Notes under the pieces: generated by a model
Told to the model about the DNA's origin: nothing
Seen by the model: the letters and a program-made list of their open reading frames with translations, nothing else
The model's database searches: none
Source of the DNA: Dehalococcoidia bacterium
Lineage (GTDB): Bacteria > Chloroflexota > Dehalococcoidia > GIF9 > AB-539-J10
Direction: 5' to 3'
DNA: 55,350 nt
Assembly (NCBI GenBank): GCA_030605765.1
Contig: JAUWHP010000045.1
Location: 1 to 55,350 of the forward strand
Program-made: the position numbers and the translations under genes
In this document: piece after piece, positions 26,832-34,416 of the stretch
Numbering within the stretch: position 1 is the stretch's first letter
Layout: each line of letters opens with the position of its first letter

Positions 26832-28079
26832 GTGACAGAACAACTAAACCCATTCAAGATAGCACAAGCACAATTAGATAAGGCTGCGGAGAAATTAAAT
26901 CTAGATTCACAGATGCATGCTTTCCTCAGAGAGCCAATGCGCGAGTTGTCAGTATCCATACCTGTTAAGATGGATGATGGTAGCACGAAAACATTCAAAG
27001 GCTTCAGAATTCAATATAATGATGCCAGAGGGCCAACGAAAGGAGGAATAAGGTTTCACCCGCAAGAAACAATAGATACCGTTCGTGCACTGTCAGCGTG
27101 GATGACTTGGAAATGCGCTGTGGCTGATATCCCCTACGGAGGCTCAAAAGGAGGCATTATTTGTGACACAAAACAGATGTCCCAGGGTGAAATTGAAAGG
27201 CTATCCAGAGGATATATAGACCAAATATGGAGCTTCATTGGCCCTGAAAAAGATATACCTGCGCCAGACGTTTACACAAACCCACAGATTATGGCCTGGA
27301 TGATGGACGAATACAGTAAAATAAGAGGTTACAATGTACCAGGTATAATTACGGGAAAGCCCATTCCTCTAGGAGGCTCTCTGGGCCGAGGAGACGCTAC
27401 CGCGATGGGTGTGGTCTACACCATCAGAGAAGCTGCCAAGGTTCTAGACATTGATCTCAAGGGTGCCACTGTTGCCATTCAAGGATATGGCAACGCGGGG
27501 TACCACCTTGCCAGATTGCTTACAAATCAAGGGTGCAAAATCATCGCAGTCACCGATTCCAAAGGCGGCATTTCGCGTGAAGACGGTCTGGATTGGAAGG
27601 CAGCAAAGGAACACAAGGATAGAACCGGATCCGTTATTGGTTACCCTGGAACAAAGCAACTAACAAACGAGGAATGCTTAGCTGTCAAATGTGATTTCCT
27701 GGTACCTGCGGCTTTGGAAAATCAGATAACAGGGAAAAACGCTAATAACATAAAGGCCAAAATAGTTGCCGAGGCCGCAAATGGCCCTGTAACACCAGAA
27801 GCCGATGAAATACTATACAAAAGGGGCATCTTTCAAATTCCCGACTTTCTTTGCAATGCTGGCGGAGTAACAGTTTCTTATTTTGAGTGGGTTCAGAACA
27901 TCTCTGGATACTACTGGTCTGAGGAAGAAGTGTACGAGAGACTGGATAAGAAAATGACAAAGGCATTCTATGACGTGTATGAGATGGCTAAAAAGGAAGA
28001 CGTTGATAATAGGACAGCCGCCTATATGGTTGCAGTGAACAGGGTAGCTGAAGCAATTAAACTCCGTGGGTGGATATAG
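26832..28079 (+). CDS. gdhA: Glutamate dehydrogenase (canonical)
   Basis: [49 protein letters not shown]; GGAGG RBS and an upstream TATAAT. Confidence 0.93.
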   Translation: MTEQLNPFKIAQAQLDKAAEKLNLDSQMHAFLREPMRELSVSIPVKMDDGSTKTFKGFRIQYNDARGPTKGGIRFHPQETIDTVRALSAWMTWKCAVADIPYGGSKGGIICDTKQMSQGEIERLSRGYIDQIWSFIGPEKDIPAPDVYTNPQIMAWMMDEYSKIRGYNVPGIITGKPIPLGGSLGRGDATAMGVVYTIREAAKVLDIDLKGATVAIQGYGNAGYHLARLLTNQGCKIIAVTDSKGGISREDGLDWKAAKEHKDRTGSVIGYPGTKQLTNEECLAVKCDFLVPAALENQITGKNANNIKAKIVAEAANGPVTPEADEILYKRGIFQIPDFLCNAGGVTVSYFEWVQNISGYYWSEEEVYERLDKKMTKAFYDVYEMAKKEDVDNRTAAYMVAVNRVAEAIKLRGWI

Positions 28080-28154
28080 CAAATAGTATAGAGCAGCCTA
28101 ACATACTACCAGTACCTCAACACTGAAGTAAGTTTTCTTCGAGATTCTACTAAC

Positions 28155-28218
28155 AAAGCACCGGCTATCTTTCTCATAGTTAGTGAATTAACTCTCGATA
28201 AGGATAAGCGGTGCTTTT
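28155..28218 (+). terminator. Long imperfect hairpin with T tail after gdhA
   Basis: AAAGCACCGgcTATC...GATAagCGGTGCTTTT with an inner AGTTA/TAACT stem. Confidence 0.55.
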
Positions 28219-28246
28219 CATTCGCAATTACTCTAAATATTAAAGA

Positions 28247-29521
28247 GTGCCTATGAAAAACGATAGCCCCTGGCATAACAAAACCCTCCTCACCCTCTGC
28301 GCTGGACAGCTAGTGATGGCGATAGGGTTCGGATTTGTCAGCCCCATTTTGCCTAAATTTGTCGGCGAGCTGGGTGTTTCACCAGCACGAATAGGAACTT
28401 TGGTGGGACTGGCTATAACTGCCTATGGCATAGCCCGTGTTAGCATGGATTTACCCGCCGGTAAGTTAGCTCAACGCTGGGGGCGAAGGCCTGCCCTCAT
28501 CCTTGGCCCAGCACTGATGTCCATTGGTGCTCTTGGCTGTGGCTTGGCTACGGAATACTGGCAATTGATAGCATTCCGCCTTTTACAGGGAGTAGGTTCA
28601 TCTATTTACAATGTGACGTGCACAATTGTGGTATGCGAAATCAGTACATTATCCAACCGTGGGCAATATCTGAGCCTCGACTGGGGAAGTTTTCTCATTG
28701 GCTCAAGCCTGGGACCAACATTAGGAGGATTCGTAGGAGGGTACTTAGGTTATAGAGCTCCTTTTTTCTGTTTTTCCTTCCTTGCTTTGCTGGCCACTTT
28801 GTGGTTTTACTTCCGCATACCAGAAACCAGGAAAACACAACATGCTGGCATGTCCCAAACCTCAAATACCACACCACAGCCTAATTCATCCAAGAAAATG
28901 GCTTTCTCCTATAAGAATTTAAATTTCGTGCTTATCTGCACGGTAGCACTTCTAACCATGTTTACCATGAGCGGTCGTATAGTTCTGGTTCCCCTTCTTG
29001 GCTATGAACGTCTCGGCTTGAGCGAAATCCAAGTCGGATTGGTTCTCACTTCCGTGGCTATCATGCAGTGTGCCTTTGTTTTCCCTGCCGGCAGGCTCTC
29101 AGACAAATCAGGAAGAAAAATCATCATCGTGTCGGGAGGAGCAATATCTGCCGCAGCATTTGTTTTGTTCACCCAGAGCTATAGCTATCATCTATGCCTG
29201 CTTAGCGGAGCAATACTGGGCATAGGAAGGGGATTCGGCGGCCCAGTTATTAGTGCTTATGTTGCTGATATCGCTCCAGCGGAAGATTATGAGCACACTA
29301 TAGCATTGTACCGCACTATTACTGACGTGGGCTTTCTGATAGGACCTACCCTTTTAGGTTGGCTCAAAGATATTCACGGGCTAGATTTTCCTTTCTTTGT
29401 GGCCGCGGGGCTTCTCTTAGGAGCGATAACCTTCTTCGCTATATTAGCCGATGAGACGGTCAGTCGCAGGAAAAACCATAACAGCAAACAGACTGAAAAT
29501 CACTCCATCTATTCCACGTGA
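28247..29521 (+). CDS. MFS transporter (DHA1-like)
   Basis: About 12 hydrophobic segments; motif A GKLAQRWGRR and GRLSDKSGRK. Confidence 0.9.
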   Translation: MPMKNDSPWHNKTLLTLCAGQLVMAIGFGFVSPILPKFVGELGVSPARIGTLVGLAITAYGIARVSMDLPAGKLAQRWGRRPALILGPALMSIGALGCGLATEYWQLIAFRLLQGVGSSIYNVTCTIVVCEISTLSNRGQYLSLDWGSFLIGSSLGPTLGGFVGGYLGYRAPFFCFSFLALLATLWFYFRIPETRKTQHAGMSQTSNTTPQPNSSKKMAFSYKNLNFVLICTVALLTMFTMSGRIVLVPLLGYERLGLSEIQVGLVLTSVAIMQCAFVFPAGRLSDKSGRKIIIVSGGAISAAAFVLFTQSYSYHLCLLSGAILGIGRGFGGPVISAYVADIAPAEDYEHTIALYRTITDVGFLIGPTLLGWLKDIHGLDFPFFVAAGLLLGAITFFAILADETVSRRKNHNSKQTENHSIYST

Positions 29522-29650
29522 CAGAAAAGCTAAAAGAAGGTAAAATAAAGAGGGTAAAGGCAAATCGAGCAGTGTGGCAAGCCCGTACAGTAAATGCTTG
29601 GCCTTAGGCCCGAGCCCAAGAAATTGCTTGACTCTGTTCTTGGTAGATAA

Positions 29651-30334
29651 ATGTTGGAAATTTCTTACCTTGTTGCCTTTAGCGCTGGAATGCTGTCTTT
29701 CTTATCACCATGTGTGCTGCCTTTAGTGCCGGTATATCTTGCCAGCTTAGCCGGCCCCGACATATTTGTGACTGGAGCTTATAAAAAGAAGCGCGCCCAT
29801 GTATTCCTCCATTCCTTCAGTTTTGTAGCAGGCTTTACCACAGTTTTTGTTACCATGGGTGTTGTGGCTGGGCTTGCTGGATTTGCCATCAGTGCTCACT
29901 TAGCAGTAATTCGTCAAATAGCTGGTGCCGTGCTGATATTCTTCGGGTTATTTATGCTGGCTAGCCTAAAAATCCCATGGTTAAATTATGAGAAACGTCT
30001 ATCTGTATCCAGGGCTAATGCTACCAGTTACCTGCGCTCTTTCTCGATAGGAGCCATATTTTCCCTGGCATGGACGCCTTGTGTTGGCCCTATACTGGGA
30101 GGTATTTTAACTCTTGCCTGGAGCTCTGAAACAGCCTGGTATGGCGCCTGCCTGTTAGCTATTTACTCCCTGGGATTGGGAATCCCCTTCCTTGTGATAG
30201 GAGCTGCTTTTGGTTCAGTTACGCCGTTGTTAAAACGCTTCCAGCGTTATTCCACTGCAATCTATATCTTCGGTGGAGTATTGCTCATAACTATTGGCAT
30301 ACTTATTCTAGCCAATAAGCTAATATGGTTTTAA
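29651..30334 (+). CDS. ccdA: Cytochrome c biogenesis / disulfide transport protein
   Basis: SFLSPCVLPLVP and WTPCVGPIL. Confidence 0.93.
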   Translation: MLEISYLVAFSAGMLSFLSPCVLPLVPVYLASLAGPDIFVTGAYKKKRAHVFLHSFSFVAGFTTVFVTMGVVAGLAGFAISAHLAVIRQIAGAVLIFFGLFMLASLKIPWLNYEKRLSVSRANATSYLRSFSIGAIFSLAWTPCVGPILGGILTLAWSSETAWYGACLLAIYSLGLGIPFLVIGAAFGSVTPLLKRFQRYSTAIYIFGGVLLITIGILILANKLIWF

Positions 30335-30372
30335 ACGTAATTTAGAGGTAAGATTATATTCGGAGGTTAATT

Positions 30373-30903
30373 ATGAGTAAGCCCCTAAAAATCATGCTGA
30401 TAATAACACTGGTTTCAATTCTAACCATGGGATTCGCGGTAACTGGCTGCTCATCAAATTCTGCTCCCTCTACTCAAGGGACGGGAGTAGGCAACCTGGC
30501 GCCGGACTTCCAGCTTGATAATCTTGAGGGGGAATCTGTTTCTCTCAGTGACTTCCGTGGTAAACCTGTAATGCTCAATTTCTGGGCCACCTGGTGCCAC
30601 CCCTGTGTCTCTGAAATGCCCGATATACAGAGTGTGTACGAAGAGCAGTCAGCCGAGGGACTGGTGATATTACTTGTTAACATGGGTGGCACTTCTCCTC
30701 AGGTGAAAGAGTTTTTACAAAATCATAATCTTTCCCTTCCAGTGCTACTTGATACCACACAGGCCATTGCTCAAAAGTATAACATTCGATGGATTCCCAC
30801 TACCTTCTTCATTGATAAAGATGGCATCATTCAAGCTGTGAAGTTTGGTGCTTTCCCCAACAAGGAAGCAATAGAAAGCGACCTTAATAAAATTATACCG
30901 TAG
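30373..30903 (+). CDS. TlpA/ResA family thiol-disulfide oxidoreductase lipoprotein
   Basis: Lipobox VTGC, APDFQL, NFWATWCHPC, IPTTFFID. Confidence 0.92.
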   Translation: MSKPLKIMLIITLVSILTMGFAVTGCSSNSAPSTQGTGVGNLAPDFQLDNLEGESVSLSDFRGKPVMLNFWATWCHPCVSEMPDIQSVYEEQSAEGLVILLVNMGGTSPQVKEFLQNHNLSLPVLLDTTQAIAQKYNIRWIPTTFFIDKDGIIQAVKFGAFPNKEAIESDLNKIIP

Positions 30904-30963
30904 CCAATTTAATTCTAGTACCTACTCCCGAATATCCTCAGAAGCAAAGCTAACAAGGAGTTC

Positions 30964-31899
30964 TTACTTCCTCTCAACCACCGACTTCACTGCTTCTGCG
31001 ATATCTTTAGCAGTCAACCCACACCTTTCCAGTAACTCTTCGGCTCTACCTGATAGGGCATATCGATCTTTGAGGTTGATAAAGGACATAGGCACTGGCT
31101 TTGTCCTGGCTACTACTTGAGCAACTCGGCTGCCTAAGCCACCATGCGCCAAATGTTCCTCAGCAACAACGATGGCCCCTACCTCCGAAGCTACTCTGGC
31201 TATAGCTTCCTCATCCAAAGGTTTCAGAGTGTGCATGTTAATTACACGGCAACCTATACCTTGCTTAGCCAGTACGTCTGCTGCCTCCAGAGCCTTGGCT
31301 ACCATGATGCCCACGGCTATAACGGCAGCATCCCTGCCTTCTCTTACAGTTACCGCTTTACCTAAAGTAAAATGATAGTCCTCAGAATAGACAAGCGGCG
31401 TTCTAGGACGGCTTAATCTAATATAGAAAGGCCCATAGGTATTTGCAGCTACTTTCACCGCCTCGGCAGTCTCTATAGCATCAGCGGGAACAATCACAGT
31501 AAAGCCTGGCAGGGAACAATACAAGGCTAAGTCCTCAATGGCTTGATGAGAGGTGCCATCCTCGCCAACAGTGATGCCTCCATGAGTGGCTACAATCTTG
31601 ACATTCAACCCCGTTTGTGAAAGACACATCCTCAGTTGGTCGAAACAGCGGCAGGAGGCGAAAACGGCGAAGGTGCTGGCAAAAACGGTTTTCCCTGAGG
31701 CAGCCAGGCCAGCAGCTACGCCTATCATATTTTGTTCCTCTAAGCCACAATTAAAGAAGCGGTCGGGAAACTCCTGGCCAAAGAAGTGGGTCATAGTCGA
31801 AGGCGATAAATCAGCATCCAGGACAACAATACCCTTATTCTCTTTGCCCAGTTCTACCAGGGTTTTGCCATAGGTTTCACGGGTGGATATTTCAACCAT
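30964..31899 (-). CDS. Transketolase, C-terminal subunit
   Basis: DADL, EQNMIG, GEDGTSHQ, YIRLSR, EEH. Confidence 0.92.
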   Translation of the reverse strand: MVEISTRETYGKTLVELGKENKGIVVLDADLSPSTMTHFFGQEFPDRFFNCGLEEQNMIGVAAGLAASGKTVFASTFAVFASCRCFDQLRMCLSQTGLNVKIVATHGGITVGEDGTSHQAIEDLALYCSLPGFTVIVPADAIETAEAVKVAANTYGPFYIRLSRPRTPLVYSEDYHFTLGKAVTVREGRDAAVIAVGIMVAKALEAADVLAKQGIGCRVINMHTLKPLDEEAIARVASEVGAIVVAEEHLAHGGLGSRVAQVVARTKPVPMSFINLKDRYALSGRAEELLERCGLTAKDIAEAVKSVVERK

Positions 31900-31980
31900 G
31901 ATTTCACCTTCGCTTTGCTCTCAAATTAGCCACAGGCCATCAACCGACTACTGGCCGCCGGGCGCTAAATGCTTCTCACG

Positions 31981-32847
31981 CTATTCTAGCTCCCTCAACG
32001 CCCTTTTTGCTTCCTCTGTGGTAGGTACCTTGCCATGAAATTTCACGTTATTTTCCATAAAGCTAACACCCTTACCCTTAATGGTACGAGCAATAATAAC
32101 AATAGGCTTGGTTCTTATCTTCCGAGCTTCCTGAAAAGCTGCTAGAATTTGACTGAAGTCATGGCCATCTATATCAATGCCATGCCAGCCAAAGGCTTGC
32201 CACTTCTGGCCCAAAGGTTCAAGGTTCATAATATCTCGAGTCCAGCCGCTGAGTTGCATCTTATTACAGTCAACAATGGCTACCAGGTTATCCAATTTGA
32301 ACTGTGCTGCTGACAACGCTGCCTCCCAGATTTGCCCCTCCTCACATTCTCCATCACTAAGCAGAACATAAGTGCAATAATCCCTATGGTCGAGCTTGCC
32401 AGCTAAAGCAACCCCAACACCAAAGGATAAACCCATACCTAAAGAGCCAGTGGACATCTCCACCCCAGGAGTAAGATTCCTATCCGTATGTCCTTGAAGG
32501 CGGCTGTCTAATTTTCTCAAGGTTGCTAATTCCTCCACTGGAAAGTAACCACTCTCAGCCAGAGCAGCGTAGAGGATTGGGGCAGCATGTCCTTTACTCA
32601 ATATAAACCTATCACGATCTGCCCACTGCGTATTCTGTGGGTTATAGCGCATAATCTTAAAATAAAGTGCCGTAACGATATCGGCTGCCGATAGAGAGCC
32701 GCCAGGGTGCCCGCTACCTGCCGTAGCCGTCATAGTAATTATATGGCGACGCAATTTCTTAGCCATTTCTCTGAGTTCTGTCACAGGCAAGTCAAATATG
32801 TTGGCTTGTGGGGTAGCCTGGCGAAACACCTTGACTTGATTTGCCAT
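31981..32847 (-). CDS. Transketolase, N-terminal (TPP-binding) subunit
   Basis: SGHPGGSLS, DRFILSKGH, TGSLG, SDGECEEG, KGKGV. Confidence 0.93.
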   Translation of the reverse strand: MANQVKVFRQATPQANIFDLPVTELREMAKKLRRHIITMTATAGSGHPGGSLSAADIVTALYFKIMRYNPQNTQWADRDRFILSKGHAAPILYAALAESGYFPVEELATLRKLDSRLQGHTDRNLTPGVEMSTGSLGMGLSFGVGVALAGKLDHRDYCTYVLLSDGECEEGQIWEAALSAAQFKLDNLVAIVDCNKMQLSGWTRDIMNLEPLGQKWQAFGWHGIDIDGHDFSQILAAFQEARKIRTKPIVIIARTIKGKGVSFMENNVKFHGKVPTTEEAKRALRELE

Positions 32848-32936
32848 TTGTTGTGGGCTAAATTGTAAACTAGTGAAAGGTTACATGTCTATGGTGTTTA
32901 TGTAAATATTTGCCAATTTTGGGTATAATGCCTCAA

Positions 32937-33806
32937 GTGATTATAGATTTTCACACCCACATATTTCCTCCGTGGGTAAGGGAAAAACGCAACGAATATA
33001 TTAAACGTGACCCTTGCTTTTCGTTGCTTTACTCCCAGCCAAAAGCCAAGATGGCAACCGCTGAAGAACTAGTTGCCAGCATGAACGAAACCAAAGTTGA
33101 TTTATCTGTCGTGCTCAACATAGGCTGGGCAAGCCAAGAACTTTGTGTGGAAACTAACGACTACATCCTGGATTCCATATCACGTTATCCTGATAGGCTT
33201 ATCGCTTTCTGTAGTGTTCAACCCAAGGAAGAAGATGCTGCTATAATCGAGGTGGAGCGCTGTGCCAGGGCCGGAGCTAGAGGGATTGGAGAAATGAGGC
33301 CCGATGTGCAAGGCTTTAACCTTACAGATAAAATGATTATGCAGCCTCTGGTCGATGTAGCCGTGACGCATAACTTAATCTTTCTAACTCACTCATCTGA
33401 GCCTGTAGGACATCAATACGCTGGTAAGGGCGAAGTTACTCCCACTATCCTCTATTCCTTCATAGTAAACTTCCCTGACTTGAAAGTAGTTTGTGCACAC
33501 TGGGGAGGCGGTCTGCCTTTACATGCCCTGATGCCTGAGGTCGCCAGAGCTTTGGCCAATGTCTCTTTTGATACTGCAGCCACCATTCTCCTTTACCAGG
33601 CTGGAATTTTCAAACAAGTAAGCAATATCATTGGCAGCGATAAAATCCTTTTCGGCACCGATTATCCCCTCATTTCCCAAAATCGAATAATTGCCCAAAT
33701 TCAATCTCTCGAACTTGGCGAAGAGGATAAAGCCAAGATCTTAGGGGGCAATGCTCAAAAATTGCTATCTACAGTTGAAGGAAGTGAAATTGCCACACGA
33801 CTCTGA
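32937..33806 (+). CDS. Amidohydrolase_2 family metal-dependent hydrolase
   Basis: DFHTH, GIGE, AHWGGG, FGTDYP; GTG start 7 nt after TATAAT (32924-32929). Confidence 0.85.
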   Translation: MIIDFHTHIFPPWVREKRNEYIKRDPCFSLLYSQPKAKMATAEELVASMNETKVDLSVVLNIGWASQELCVETNDYILDSISRYPDRLIAFCSVQPKEEDAAIIEVERCARAGARGIGEMRPDVQGFNLTDKMIMQPLVDVAVTHNLIFLTHSSEPVGHQYAGKGEVTPTILYSFIVNFPDLKVVCAHWGGGLPLHALMPEVARALANVSFDTAATILLYQAGIFKQVSNIIGSDKILFGTDYPLISQNRIIAQIQSLELGEEDKAKILGGNAQKLLSTVEGSEIATRL

Positions 33807-34395
33807 GCAAATCCGTTCTTTTATCGCTATCGAGTTACCCCAGAATGTTAAAAACGAACTGGCGCAGCTAAGAAGCGAACTGGAAAAAACTGAACATCCC
33901 TTTATTAAATGGGTGAACCCGGAGAGCATTCACCTAACTTTAAAATTCTTGGGCAATATTCCCTTTAAGCAGGTGGCCGAAATAGCCAACGCTATAGAAC
34001 AAGCTGCTAAAGGGATTCTCCCTTTCCATCTGGAACTTTCAGATCTGGGAGTTTTCCCCAGCACGAAGCAGCCACGCGTTCTTTGGGTTGGCATCAAGGG
34101 AGAAATAGATAATCTACTGAACTTGCAACGAAATATTGATTCTGCGCTTGCCCCTCTTGGCTTCGCTGAAGAGAAGCGTTCTTTTACACCACATCTAACC
34201 CTAGCTCGTGTTAGAGAAGGGGCAACGCTAGCGGATAGAAAAAATTTTGGCGGACTGGTGCTATCTACCAGTTTCGCAAGCAGTTACCCCCTTAGCGTAG
34301 AAACTATTTGCCTTATGAGAAGTCAGCTAACGCCTCAGGGAGCGATTTATACTCGCTTAGTTACAGTGAAGTTACAACTTACAGAAGCTAGCTAA
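33790..34395 (+). CDS. thpR: RNA 2',3'-cyclic phosphodiesterase
   Basis: RSFIAI, two HLTL motifs, PRVLWVG; probable TTG start. Confidence 0.92.
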   Translation: MPHDSEQIRSFIAIELPQNVKNELAQLRSELEKTEHPFIKWVNPESIHLTLKFLGNIPFKQVAEIANAIEQAAKGILPFHLELSDLGVFPSTKQPRVLWVGIKGEIDNLLNLQRNIDSALAPLGFAEEKRSFTPHLTLARVREGATLADRKNFGGLVLSTSFASSYPLSVETICLMRSQLTPQGAIYTRLVTVKLQLTEAS

Positions 34396-34416
34396 GGTCC
34401 CAATAACAAATAAGAA

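Noticed and set aside
29573-29625. tRNA upstream of ccdA
   Set aside because: No TTCGA T-loop or cloverleaf on either strand.
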